Positions 17,634 to 26,635 of a DNA stretch of 64,000 nt are shown piece by piece. Position 1 is the first letter of the stretch. Every line of letters starts with the position of its first letter. The position numbers were made by a program, and so were the translations under genes. The stretch lies in the IMG/VR virus record IMGVR_UViG_3300025769_000088. One strand, given 5' to 3'. The notes under the pieces are model-generated. The model made no database searches, was not told the DNA's origin, and saw only the letters and a list, made by a program, of their open reading frames with translations. The DNA comes from an uncultured virus (IMG/VR IMGVR_UViG_3300025769_000088). Taxonomy: Duplodnaviria; Heunggongvirae; Uroviricota; Caudoviricetes.

Positions 17634-17900
17634 TCACCACCACTGCTCGTCGGTTCCAGATTTCCGTTTCTCTTCTTCAATTTCCCGGTCAACTTTTCTT
17701 GCTATGCAGATCACCCAGGCAATGAACGCCAGGGTGAATGCAGCTCCCCAGAACAGGACGACCAGTGTGACGGGAGTCAGGATCAGCCACAGAGGGATCG
17801 GCATGTAGCCGTAGGCTCGACACACCCATCCCCAGAAGCAGATCAGCAGGATGAGGCCACTGACCTCTCGGACTCTTGAAGCCACTGCGGAGTCATTCAT
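17634..17900 (-). CDS. Small two-TM membrane protein
   Basis: Two hydrophobic segments; ATGA overlap. Confidence 0.6.
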   Translation of the reverse strand: MNDSAVASRVREVSGLILLICFWGWVCRAYGYMPIPLWLILTPVTLVVLFWGAAFTLAFIAWVICIARKVDREIEEEKRKSGTDEQWW

Positions 17901-18394
17901 TGTACCAGCTCATCTTTCGGGAACGTGTCGATCGGAAACCACTCAGCGATCCGATAACCTGCCAGGTCACACAACTCGTCCTTCACCGCATTACTCGGAT
18001 CACGAACCCCCTGGGCTTCATTGTCATACACCACAGCATGCGTCACACCGTCCCCTTCGGCTCCCTCACTTCGAACAATCACCAGGGCAGGTGCTTCATC
18101 CAACTTATGAGTGACGTCGTACGAGAGCAACTCATTGAACCTGATGTCCATCTCATCGCCACTGTTCCACCAACTGCCCAGGCGGAAGTTGCGTAGTGCC
18201 AGGACGATGGTCAGGTCAGACATCTCCATGTACCGGCGATCGGTGAGATACGGACAGAGTCCTGCAGGCATCTTTCGGATGTAGCCGGACAACGACCAGG
18301 CATTGAAGGCAGACTTGTTCTCGCCGAGCAACGTAGCGGCGCAGGCTGCCAGACAGAGACCTGAGCTGACTGGCTGCTTGATGGTTCGCCTCAT
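17897..18394 (-). CDS. Peptidase C39-like (papain-fold) protein
   Basis: Q.....LCLAAC.A.LLG, HAVVYD and VRDP give the Q/C/H/D catalytic pattern; start uncertain. Confidence 0.65.
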   Translation of the reverse strand: MRRTIKQPVSSGLCLAACAATLLGENKSAFNAWSLSGYIRKMPAGLCPYLTDRRYMEMSDLTIVLALRNFRLGSWWNSGDEMDIRFNELLSYDVTHKLDEAPALVIVRSEGAEGDGVTHAVVYDNEAQGVRDPSNAVKDELCDLAGYRIAEWFPIDTFPKDELVQ

Positions 18395-18413
18395 GCCAAG
18401 CTTGACGAGAAAT

Positions 18414-18890
18414 TCATCGGACACGTCGTTGTGCTCCTGCGATGTACTCGGACTCTTCCATCTCTTCCACGGTCTCAGGTCGAGCCGGAATCGGCAACTC
18501 CTGATCGAGAATAATTGGAGCAGATCCACACACCTCAGCCCCACCTGCACGCATTCGGGCAATCACCCAGAGGAGCAGGTAGGCTGAGGCGTCATGGCCT
18601 GTGTCTGTAATCGACTCGGCGACCTGTTGGTTGCCGGGTTGACCGACCAGATTATTGATGCGCGACAACTTGTCGCCCAACCGAACACGGATACCTGCTT
18701 CCGGCGAGACGTCAGGAGAGATGGCTCCGATGTTGAACACAGAGGAGCCGTAGTCCTGATTTTTCTTCACCATGATGGCGATCGTCTGCAAACCCAGGAA
18801 CGCGATCTCGCGTTGATCCTGATTGCTGCCTGCCAGGGCATCCGTGATAATTCTGAGATTGTCTTCGACCGTATTCAGCTCGTGGAACAT
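18414..18890 (-). CDS. DUF1599 / nucleotide-modification-associated domain 1 protein
   Basis: KKNQDYG...GIRVRLGDKLSRINNL...ESITDT..D...Y. Confidence 0.75.
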   Translation of the reverse strand: MFHELNTVEDNLRIITDALAGSNQDQREIAFLGLQTIAIMVKKNQDYGSSVFNIGAISPDVSPEAGIRVRLGDKLSRINNLVGQPGNQQVAESITDTGHDASAYLLLWVIARMRAGGAEVCGSAPIILDQELPIPARPETVEEMEESEYIAGAQRRVR

Positions 18891-18891
18891 G

Positions 18892-19218
18892 TTACTTTTT
18901 CTGTGATGCCGGGTTCCCTCGCACCGGTCGCTCCGGCAGTTCAATGTCGTTGTCCTTGAGGTGACGTTTCACCGCAGGACAGGTTCGCAGGCAGTGCTCG
19001 ATGAATGTGCGAAGGTCCATCTCTGCCTGCTTCGCCATGATGGATAGCTCAGCGTACAGCATTGAAGACAGCGTCTGGTCGTAGCGTTTGAGGTCGGACC
19101 TCTTGCGTCGACTCAGTCGCTTGTCTTCCTTCTTGGCAGCCGCCTTTTTCTTCAACGGCTGTCGTTTCTTCGTCGATGTCGTTCGTGGCTTTGGTGCCGC
19201 TGCTTTCTTCTTAGCCAT
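18892..19218 (-). CDS. Basic protein, possible ribbon-helix-helix DNA-binding protein
   Basis: Lys/Ala-rich N-terminus; RHH-like pattern in the C-terminal half. Confidence 0.6.
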   Translation of the reverse strand: MAKKKAAAPKPRTTSTKKRQPLKKKAAAKKEDKRLSRRKRSDLKRYDQTLSSMLYAELSIMAKQAEMDLRTFIEHCLRTCPAVKRHLKDNDIELPERPVRGNPASQKK

Positions 19219-19283
19219 GGCTGGCTCCTATGGTTAAAACTAACGATAGGACCATAGCATTGTTAAGGGCCAGAAGGCAACGG

Positions 19284-20351
19284 TTAATCGGAGATCAGCC
19301 CGAGAGCCTGCATCTTTCCAATGAACTCGTCACGCTCACGGTTCTTCTCGTTGCCCCAGTCTTTGGGCATGTCAGGAGAAAAGGAGCCGTTCCTCATAAG
19401 CATCAAAGATTCTTCTCGGGAACAGCTTCGATGTTCTCCGTTGGGATCGGTGTAGGGAATAATTTCTTTCAGCATTTTGCGATCTATGCCCGTCAAAAAC
19501 ATCCCGTGCAACCGGTAGTCCGAGAACGCATCCCACACCTGAGGAAACAGCGGTGCGATGATCTGCTCACCGATAATCGTGGCGTAGTCACGAATCTCTT
19601 TCTGGGCATGCGAGTCCATCCTCAAGCCCAGGAAGTGTAGGACGTTTTTGAGGTCACACTTCCAGTACGCCTCGGTGTACGTCGAGAGCGGCAGGTCTTT
19701 TCGGGCGACTTCGCGAGCGACTCCGAGTTCGAGGCGGACGTTGTAGTCGTACTGCATTGCTTTCTGATTCTTCTTCTCCCAGAGCGACAGGAATTGCCCA
19801 GGGGTCATGGGCTTTGTGAAGTTGTAAGACGACTTGCCGAACTCCCACGAACGACCGTTGGCTGCGGTGATTCTCCAGTACTCATCTCCCTCTTCGTCGG
19901 TGCTTTCCTCCGACGACCACCCTTCCGGCCACTCCCGCAGAATACCATCGGACCCCTGCTTGTTGTTCGACGCCTGCAGCCGCCACTCGTCAGGGGCAGT
20001 CACCGCCATCGAGTCGATCGCAGGTTGATACCGTGTCGAGTACTCATTGACGTTCGCCGTGCGATGTCTGATCCACTGCCGCCACGCATCCATCGGCACA
20101 CGAACGAGCAGCTTGACTTCAGCCATCTCGAACGGCGTGGAATGCGCCATTCGCATGAGGTAGCGGATCAGGTTGCGATCCCCAGCTCCATCGGACCCCT
20201 CTTCACGAGCATCGTTCCCGTAACTCACTCTCGCTGCTTGCGTCACCGAAGCGTCGTCGCCCATGCAGTCGACCAGGCAGACGAATCCATCGGACCCCAC
20301 AGGGAACTTTTTCCACCGCAGGTCTTCCACTTGTTGGCTGTTGCTGTTCAT
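19284..20351 (-). CDS. thyX: FAD-dependent thymidylate synthase
   Basis: QAARVSY, H.TPFEM, RHRTANVNEYSTRY (RHRx7S), RE.AR..LP, HAQ.EIR. Confidence 0.95.
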   Translation of the reverse strand: MNSNSQQVEDLRWKKFPVGSDGFVCLVDCMGDDASVTQAARVSYGNDAREEGSDGAGDRNLIRYLMRMAHSTPFEMAEVKLLVRVPMDAWRQWIRHRTANVNEYSTRYQPAIDSMAVTAPDEWRLQASNNKQGSDGILREWPEGWSSEESTDEEGDEYWRITAANGRSWEFGKSSYNFTKPMTPGQFLSLWEKKNQKAMQYDYNVRLELGVAREVARKDLPLSTYTEAYWKCDLKNVLHFLGLRMDSHAQKEIRDYATIIGEQIIAPLFPQVWDAFSDYRLHGMFLTGIDRKMLKEIIPYTDPNGEHRSCSREESLMLMRNGSFSPDMPKDWGNEKNRERDEFIGKMQALGLISD

Positions 20352-20560
20352 TGCTCGATGTACTTCCCATCTTCAGTGAGTAAGCCCCGTTCAACGAGAG
20401 CGTCGAACACAGCAGGGTGACGACGCTCCACGCAGCCGCCTTTCTTTGATCGTTGCTTCGCGATGTCCAGCAGGCGTTCCTGCTTTTTGCTCAGCGGTAC
20501 TTCATGCTTCTGATGAAGCATGGCTCGTTCGAGCTCTTCCATGCGTTTCATGTCAGGCAT
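20348..20560 (-). CDS. Small hypothetical protein (start MPDMK)
   Basis: GGAG RBS; gene overlaps. Confidence 0.55.
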   Translation of the reverse strand: MPDMKRMEELERAMLHQKHEVPLSKKQERLLDIAKQRSKKGGCVERRHPAVFDALVERGLLTEDGKYIEQ

Positions 20561-21086
20561 GCTCCGCCCTTTCTTTTGTCCAGTCACGCTCGCGGACCTT
20601 TTCCCAAACCGGATACACAACATCATCGAACAGGCTCATTCGCCAGTTCTCTACACAGTAAAACTCCAGGTGATCGAAGCAGGCTGACATGTGCCGAGTC
20701 GCATTCAGTACATGGTTCTCGTTCATGCGAATCCCCTGCCCCTGCTTGAGGATGCAGTGCGACAACGCCCCCATCGACTTGATCATCATGATGCAGAAAT
20801 TTCCAGGCGGGTACGGCTTCTTCTGACTAAACCGCAGGTCGAGCAACGGCAGCTCGATGCGATTGCAGACGTCGGTCAGGTAGATGGCCATGTCCGCCAC
20901 GGCATCCTGCTGCTCGTGGACATCTTCCTGCCCGCGTGCCGTGACGAGTTCACCGAACTCTTCGAAGGCTCCGGCCAACGGCGCAAGAGCCTCAACCCAG
21001 CCCGGCAGTACGTCGAAGTTTCGGCGTGTCCAGGACCACTGATCGGCCTGGTACTCGTTGAGGTTCTTGAATCGTTGTTCGGTCAT
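20553..21086 (-). CDS. MazG-like nucleotide pyrophosphohydrolase
   Basis: EEFGEL...DAVADMAIYL; C-terminal WEKVRERDW. Confidence 0.75.
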   Translation of the reverse strand: MTEQRFKNLNEYQADQWSWTRRNFDVLPGWVEALAPLAGAFEEFGELVTARGQEDVHEQQDAVADMAIYLTDVCNRIELPLLDLRFSQKKPYPPGNFCIMMIKSMGALSHCILKQGQGIRMNENHVLNATRHMSACFDHLEFYCVENWRMSLFDDVVYPVWEKVRERDWTKERAEHA

Positions 21087-21149
21087 GCTTACCTATTCAT
21101 TTGTTTATTAGTTTGCGGCGGGGGAATTTTTCACCAGACACCAGGACTC

Positions 21150-21311
21150 TCAGTCCTGGGGTCTCTTCTCTTTGTGTTCCACTTCGAGTTGAAAGTAATT
21201 CGGATTGGCACCAGCGAACAGCAGGAGATACCGAAACGAGATTCCAACACCAATCCAGAAGCCAGCCCACGCTATACCGCTGCCGATTGCTTCCGCCGCT
21301 TCAACTTCCAT
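21150..21311 (-). CDS. Small membrane protein, 53 aa (MEVEAAEAIGSGIAWAGFWIGVG...), below the ORF-track cutoff
   Basis: AAAGGA RBS; transmembrane segment; stop lies in the loop of the palindromic repeat. Confidence 0.6.
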   Translation of the reverse strand: MEVEAAEAIGSGIAWAGFWIGVGISFRYLLLFAGANPNYFQLEVEHKEKRPQD

Positions 21312-21363
21312 CCTGTGATCCTTTCTATGACACCCGGACTCTCAGTCCGGGTGTCTACGCGAT

Positions 21364-21438
21364 TGACTCCGGCAGGTGTCGAACCTGCACTGACACGGAT
21401 TAATGTTCCCGCCGCTCTGCCAATTAAGCTACGGAGTC
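21364..21438 (-). tRNA. tRNA-like gene with aberrant anticodon arm (identity undetermined)
   Basis: Acceptor GACTCCG/CGGAGTC, D-arm GCTT-AATTGGCA-GAGC, T-arm GCAGG-TTCGACA-CCTGC; anticodon loop AACATTAA is 8 nt and lacks U33. Confidence 0.75.
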
Positions 21439-21453
21439 TTGACCCCAGGACTC

Positions 21454-21939
21454 TCAGTTCGGGTGTCTTTCAGTAGGAATAGATTCAGCTTGAAGTTCAG
21501 CCTCAGTGCAGCGGGACATGTGACCCACTCTCCCCAGGGGGCAGTCGAAGATTACGTTGCAAGTGCAACGCCCGTCTTTTCCGATTTGTATCGGATCAAC
21601 AATCCCTCGGACCCTCTTCGTCAACGCTTCCCAGTCGCTCTGATTCAACGGACGATGTCCGTCCGGTGTGACGTGAACGTAGGACAGACTGTGCAGCGTC
21701 ATCTTCTCGCCACCTTCGACGATGACATGGTGCGAATGGTAAATCTGCGTCCACGGCGAGTTGAGGATCGTGTTGCCTTCGCCGTGATAGATCGCCGCGT
21801 GATCGCTCTTTCCAAGGATGTGATTGTTGAAGCCGTCAATGTACGTGTAGGACGAGCCTGCCACGTCCTGAGGGCCGGGATCAATCTTTGAGTGCTCACT
21901 CATTATTCGAAACTCGGGATAATCTGTCAGTGAGAACAT
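21454..21939 (-). CDS. Hypothetical protein
   Basis: AGGA RBS after a TATAAT box. Confidence 0.65.
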   Translation of the reverse strand: MFSLTDYPEFRIMSEHSKIDPGPQDVAGSSYTYIDGFNNHILGKSDHAAIYHGEGNTILNSPWTQIYHSHHVIVEGGEKMTLHSLSYVHVTPDGHRPLNQSDWEALTKRVRGIVDPIQIGKDGRCTCNVIFDCPLGRVGHMSRCTEAELQAESIPTERHPN

Positions 21940-21984
21940 GGCATTTCCTGAAGGGCCAGAGATTATAGGTAGGACCAGAGACTG

Positions 21985-22467
21985 TCAACTATGTTTTCGA
22001 CGTCGCTCTTCAGCAGCATCCACTTCTTCCTGGGTTATCAGACCCTGCATGGAGTCAGGATGCACACCCATCGGTCGACGCACTGCGTCTGCCAGGGCGA
22101 TCTTCAATTTGAAGATGCGTTCCTGCAGAGCCAGCAGTGTGCCTGCCTCATTCAACTCGTACCCGTATTTGCCTTCCCACATGGTCTCATCGACCTTGTC
22201 CGGCAACGCCTCGTACGCATTGACTAGGAACGTCCTGAACAACTCGATGTCTTTCTTCGACATGCGAGCAATCACATGGCAGATGTGCTTCGGCCAATCG
22301 ATGTCGAGCGACTCCCAGCTCGGCAGGATACGCATCAGTGATACCAGCATCGCCGCATGCAGGTCCGCATCCTGGGTATCGCCGACCATCGCTGCAAAAT
22401 CACCAGCAGTGATATCCACATTGATCATTCTTCGAGCGACTCTTTTTTCAAACAAGTCAGTCATCAC
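21985..22467 (-). CDS. Hypothetical protein
   Basis: GAGG RBS; overlap with the primase gene. Confidence 0.7.
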   Translation of the reverse strand: MMTDLFEKRVARRMINVDITAGDFAAMVGDTQDADLHAAMLVSLMRILPSWESLDIDWPKHICHVIARMSKKDIELFRTFLVNAYEALPDKVDETMWEGKYGYELNEAGTLLALQERIFKLKIALADAVRRPMGVHPDSMQGLITQEEVDAAEERRRKHS

Positions 22468-24872
22468 ATCACATCCTCAATAGAGTCTTCGGGATACGCA
22501 GCAACAGTCTTTGGCTTCGAGTCTTCCGGCCAGACCTCGTCACCGATATTCAAGTCCCATGCCTTTCGACATGTCTCCAGACTGGGGAATGTCCACACAC
22601 CTTTCTTGACGTGCCGGTCGACTTCTTTCTGATAGATGTTCAGTCCAGTCACCACGACGGACTTCTGCCTGCGGCTCAGCCCAGGGCACATGCGTTTGAG
22701 GAATTGCCCGATCTGGGCGGGCACCACTCGATGCTTGATGCCGAACTCCTGAGCCCATCGAACAAAGTCTTTCATCAGATCGTCGCAGACGATGTCTTTA
22801 CGCCACGTCGGCTCGTCGCCCATCTGATGACCGTCGACCAGCTTGCCGAACCACCATGACTCGACAGGGTCTCGTGTCAGGTGCTTCTGGTCTCGCAGAG
22901 CCTCGGTCGTTGGCACCGTGCGGACCTCGTAATTCGAGATGTCGTAGTTGAGCAGGTAGTCCAGCAGAGCTTCTCTGCCACCGTTGTCCATCTGCTTGGC
23001 GATCTCTGCAAAGTGCTCTGAGTTCTGACGAAACTGTGTGCCGACATCCAGACAAAAGAACCGTCGCTCGTTCGCTCCCGCAGGCACCACCCATTGACTG
23101 TTCGATGCCATGATCAGGTGTGTGTAGTTCGGCGACTGTTCGACGTCGAATCCTTTGCGTTCAATCTGCATGTTCTCTTCAGTGATCAACGTCTTCAGTA
23201 CCGACTCGTGACTCTTGTCTCCGGCGAAGAATGCTTCGTCGCCGAACAGGATCACACAGTCGCGCAGATGAGCATTGAATGAGCCTACCAGATGCTTTGG
23301 GTCAGAGACCTGCAGGAAGTGTCGACCAAACAGCTGCCCAAACACCTTCGCGAAGAACGACTTCCCCGTCCCCTGGGCTCCACGCAGCACAACGGCGACC
23401 TGCCCAGGGGAGTCGGGGAATTGGACGGCTCGCGCCATCCAGCCGATCAGATATTCGAAGTGCTGTTCGTTGCCCTTGCAGATCACGTCCCTGAGGTGCG
23501 TCAGATACATGCTGCAGTCCCCTGGCACTGCCTGGACGGCAAATCCTCTCCACAGATTGTAAAAGCCCTCGACGTCGCGACCAGGGGCGAAGGTGAGACC
23601 GTGATACTGTCTGCGATGCGGCGACTTCAGCCACCATACCCCTGCGGACTCCGTAACCTCACTGCCATCTTTCTTTTGACCCACGATAACACTCCGGTTC
23701 ATGTAACGATTCTTGAAGTCCGCGAACGACTGCACGACCAGTCGTGACCGCCACTTACCTTCAGCGACAGGCTCCTGAACTTCTTCGATCGTGACGCACT
23801 TGCCTGCCAGACTCTCGACGACGGCATGCCGGTCATTCAGTTCCTGCAGCAACGGCTCTTCTACATGCTCTTTGGCTCGACTGAGTTGCCGCAGCGCGTA
23901 GTTCTCGGCTTCGGCCCCCTTATCCAGTACGGACTCACTGATCTTGAAGTCCGGGTCAAGCAGAATGGCCATGGTCGTTTCGTCAGGCACTCCAGCTCTT
24001 GTCAGCCCACACAGACAATCGAACAGCCAGGCAGACCTGCTGTCATCCTTAAGCTTCAAATTGTCTGGGTCTCTGCCGTTGACCACGATCACCTTGATGC
24101 GATCCGGTACGTTCCACTCATCGAGATCGTCTACGGTGTCGAGCCGTGGCACCGTAGTTGTCAGAACGACGTTGTTACGAGGAGCTGATTGCAGCGAACC
24201 CCCGCCACCGATCTGAGATGTTCGAGGCGACTGCTTGAATGCCGTTAAAGGGTAAACATTCTCTTCGTCGAACGAGACCAGATTCGCTAACGCAGGGACT
24301 CGACCTTTGGCTGCCTTCCTTTTGTCGGGAACATTAACGGTCCCTGGCAATCGCATGATGCGATCAACGTTGTGGCAATTGTCTGCATGGAAAACTATTT
24401 CGAGCTGCTTGTTGTAGCGGGCAGCCTCTTCGTAATTTTCAGCAAGTCCAGCAATTGCGAATGGCACTTCGAGTGCCCAGAAGCCTTGATACCCTCCGCC
24501 CGAATCAATGATGACCGTAGGCTCGGGAACTCCAGCAGGCGGGTTCTGCAGCAGTCCGAGGGCTCGCTCTCGTTCTTTGCCATGGTCCTCCCCCGCCCTT
24601 GGGTCGATATCAACGTGCAGCCAGGCCAACGCTTCCACGTTGGCTCGCTCGGACTTCTTGTCCATCAGAATTCGCGACGGATTTACGTTGAAGTAAATGT
24701 TTCGCTTGCCGTTGTACTGCTCAATCCATGGTCCTATTTTCTCCAGATCATCTTCTTTGAACGCCTTTGTAATAATTGATTTTTTGTCTGTGCTGATGGC
24801 CGTGAGAACCCATGGCCCTATCACTTCCCATTTCTGTAGAAAGTCAAGGGCTGCCTGTGTGTCGCCCTGCAT
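22464..24872 (-). CDS. Primase-helicase (RepB-like AEP primase N-terminus, DUF5906/SF3-type P-loop C-terminus)
   Basis: HVDID, DSGGGYQ.FW, RIMRLPGTVN; Walker A GAQGTGKS; FGDEA; ASN...ERRF. Confidence 0.9.
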   Translation of the reverse strand: MQGDTQAALDFLQKWEVIGPWVLTAISTDKKSIITKAFKEDDLEKIGPWIEQYNGKRNIYFNVNPSRILMDKKSERANVEALAWLHVDIDPRAGEDHGKERERALGLLQNPPAGVPEPTVIIDSGGGYQGFWALEVPFAIAGLAENYEEAARYNKQLEIVFHADNCHNVDRIMRLPGTVNVPDKRKAAKGRVPALANLVSFDEENVYPLTAFKQSPRTSQIGGGGSLQSAPRNNVVLTTTVPRLDTVDDLDEWNVPDRIKVIVVNGRDPDNLKLKDDSRSAWLFDCLCGLTRAGVPDETTMAILLDPDFKISESVLDKGAEAENYALRQLSRAKEHVEEPLLQELNDRHAVVESLAGKCVTIEEVQEPVAEGKWRSRLVVQSFADFKNRYMNRSVIVGQKKDGSEVTESAGVWWLKSPHRRQYHGLTFAPGRDVEGFYNLWRGFAVQAVPGDCSMYLTHLRDVICKGNEQHFEYLIGWMARAVQFPDSPGQVAVVLRGAQGTGKSFFAKVFGQLFGRHFLQVSDPKHLVGSFNAHLRDCVILFGDEAFFAGDKSHESVLKTLITEENMQIERKGFDVEQSPNYTHLIMASNSQWVVPAGANERRFFCLDVGTQFRQNSEHFAEIAKQMDNGGREALLDYLLNYDISNYEVRTVPTTEALRDQKHLTRDPVESWWFGKLVDGHQMGDEPTWRKDIVCDDLMKDFVRWAQEFGIKHRVVPAQIGQFLKRMCPGLSRRQKSVVVTGLNIYQKEVDRHVKKGVWTFPSLETCRKAWDLNIGDEVWPEDSKPKTVAAYPEDSIEDVM

Positions 24873-25287
24873 TCGATAATTCCTTTATCTTCTTTAAGAG
24901 TCGGTCACCGTCAAATCCTTCGCTCATGTAAAGAATCGCTCTGCCTTTCAGTTCTTCTCTGGTCAGAGTCCCCACCACCTCAGCCGCTACGGCACCGTGC
25001 AGCAGTAGCCATTCGCGATGAACACGAAGCAGCCAGTAACATTGACCGCCTCGGTGATGATGCATCCTCGCCCATGCTCGTTGCTGCAGCGTGTAGTGAT
25101 CCAGTCGGACCTTTGTCGTCGGTCTGACGGGCCACGCATCCAGCTTCTTCAACTCAATCCAGCCGCCAATGTAAGCAATGTCAGGAGTCCCTGGGTGGAC
25201 CGGATTCTCGACGGCAAAGGCATGCAATGACTTCAATGCCTTGACGACGTCTTTCCGATCCTTGCCTTCTGACTTGGTCTTCCTCAT
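24844..25287 (-). CDS. PD-(D/E)XK nuclease, VRR-NUC / Holliday-junction-resolvase-like
   Basis: GTPDI...WIELK...Q..W. Confidence 0.8.
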   Translation of the reverse strand: MRKTKSEGKDRKDVVKALKSLHAFAVENPVHPGTPDIAYIGGWIELKKLDAWPVRPTTKVRLDHYTLQQRAWARMHHHRGGQCYWLLRVHREWLLLHGAVAAEVVGTLTREELKGRAILYMSEGFDGDRLLKKIKELSNAGRHTGSP

Positions 25288-25598
25288 TACAGCCTGCCTG
25301 CCAACTTCGTGAACTCTTGGTCTCGATCTTTTCTGCCTTCGGCATTTTCAGAATACGTGACGTGAAAGCTGGCTCCTCGTATGTCTACGAAAAATATGCA
25401 GGGGATTTGTCGACCGGCTTGCTGCTTATCGTCCTTCCAGAACCGGGCAATGTCATCCAGCACGATACCTTGACGATTATTGAACAACATTGATTCGCTA
25501 CTCACTGTAATTTCTCCAAAAGCTTTCAACACGAACGGGTTTCTTCTTCGCAGAACTGGAGTTGGCTTGCGTCGTGACGTCGTGACGTTCCCAGCCAA
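25287..25598 (-). CDS. Hypothetical protein (start uncertain)
   Basis: TAATG overlap with the downstream gene; overlaps the MTase 3' end. Confidence 0.45.
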   Translation of the reverse strand: MAGNVTTSRRKPTPVLRRRNPFVLKAFGEITVSSESMLFNNRQGIVLDDIARFWKDDKQQAGRQIPCIFFVDIRGASFHVTYSENAEGRKDRDQEFTKLAGRL

Positions 25599-26349
25599 AT
25601 ATCTCTGCAGCGTTGTCGTACGGCTCGCACAGGTATCCGGACAGCAGGAACTTTCCCTTGAACTTGCCCAGGTAGGTCAGGAGTTTGGCATGGTCCGCTT
25701 CGGACATCTCATGCTCGTAATCTCCGGCCACGCGAGTCGAAGGATGATAGGGAGGATCGAGATAAGCGAAAGCGGACGGCTTCGAGAATGCTCTCAGTAC
25801 TGACAGGGCAGGTCTGGAGTAGACCATGGTCCTGCTCAGCCGGTGAATGCACTCTTCGAGACCGTCGATGGCGGACAGCCAGGCGGACGTCTGCTCGTTT
25901 CCTTTACGCCGAGTCCTGGTGCAGGTCGGAGTCGCAAAGTCTTTCCCCAGAGCCTGCCGAGACATGCGATACTTGACGAAGAACGCCCAGGCCCTGCCGA
26001 CTCTGCCGTGCAGATCAGGGCTGCCGGACAGCGCGTAGTTGAAGTCAGACTCGTGGAACGGAGTCAGCCTCAGCTGCTCCAACAGCTCTTCTTTCTGCGA
26101 CGATCTCAGCACCCGGTAGAAGTTGATCAGCTCTTCGTTGATGTCGTTAATGACCTCGGCCACACCAGGACAGTCGTCGACATGGTCAGGTGGAACGACT
26201 CCGCAGTGAGGACAGGTCCAGTCCCAGTACTCGTTGATCGCTCCGGCAAACGGGATGATCCTGGTCACGTATTGTGCCGGAGCCAGTTCCCAGATTTTCT
26301 TGCGGAGGTAATGTTTCCCACCATGATATTTCAGGGGAGCCGTTGTCAT
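25498..26349 (-). CDS. D12-class (Dam-like) N6-adenine DNA methyltransferase
   Basis: LKYHGGK, PFAG, EVINDIN..L.NFY.VL, YLDPPY. Confidence 0.9.
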   Translation of the reverse strand: MTTAPLKYHGGKHYLRKKIWELAPAQYVTRIIPFAGAINEYWDWTCPHCGVVPPDHVDDCPGVAEVINDINEELINFYRVLRSSQKEELLEQLRLTPFHESDFNYALSGSPDLHGRVGRAWAFFVKYRMSRQALGKDFATPTCTRTRRKGNEQTSAWLSAIDGLEECIHRLSRTMVYSRPALSVLRAFSKPSAFAYLDPPYHPSTRVAGDYEHEMSEADHAKLLTYLGKFKGKFLLSGYLCEPYDNAAEIFGWERHDVTTQANSSSAKKKPVRVESFWRNYSE

Positions 26350-26382
26350 CTCAGTGTGCCTGTGTGAGTGTTTTGATTCGAC

Positions 26383-26417
26383 AAAAAAGGGCCAGAGCAT
26401 GGCTGCTCTGGCCCTTT
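26383..26417 (-). terminator. Intrinsic terminator after csrA
   Basis: AAAGGGCCAGAGC / GCTCTGGCCCTTT stem followed by a T-run on the minus strand. Confidence 0.75.
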
Positions 26418-26435
26418 CCATGGGTGACCAAACCC

Positions 26436-26612
26436 CTACTGCTGCTCGCGCTCTTTGGACTCTCGCACCTCTCGCCGGTCAATGGCTATGTTTCGTGGAG
26501 CCTCAATTCCCAAACGGACCTGCCCGTTGGTTCGGTTGACTCCCACGACTTTGATGACGATGTTGTCGCCAATCAGAATGTCTTCGTCTTCTTCTCGCGT
26601 CAGCACCAGCAT
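26436..26612 (-). CDS. csrA: Carbon storage regulator CsrA/RsmA homologue, 58 aa (absent from the ORF track)
   Basis: MLVLTREEDEDILIGDNIVIKVVGVNRTNGQVRLGIEAPRNIAIDRREVRESKEREQQ; GGAGG RBS. Confidence 0.9.
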   Translation of the reverse strand: MLVLTREEDEDILIGDNIVIKVVGVNRTNGQVRLGIEAPRNIAIDRREVRESKEREQQ

Positions 26613-26635
26613 CTTACATCCTCCGTGAAAACAAC

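Larger units (their letters stand above)
21137..21467. repeat. Three 27-bp palindromic repeats GAC(A/C)CC(A/C)GGACTCTCAGTYC(T/G)GG(G/T)GTC
   Basis: Copies at 21137-21163, 21329-21355 and 21441-21467. Confidence 0.9.

Noticed and set aside
21137..21467. Palindromic 27-bp repeats as a mini-CRISPR
   Set aside because: Intervals are 165 and 85 bp, unequal, and hold a gene and a tRNA-like element
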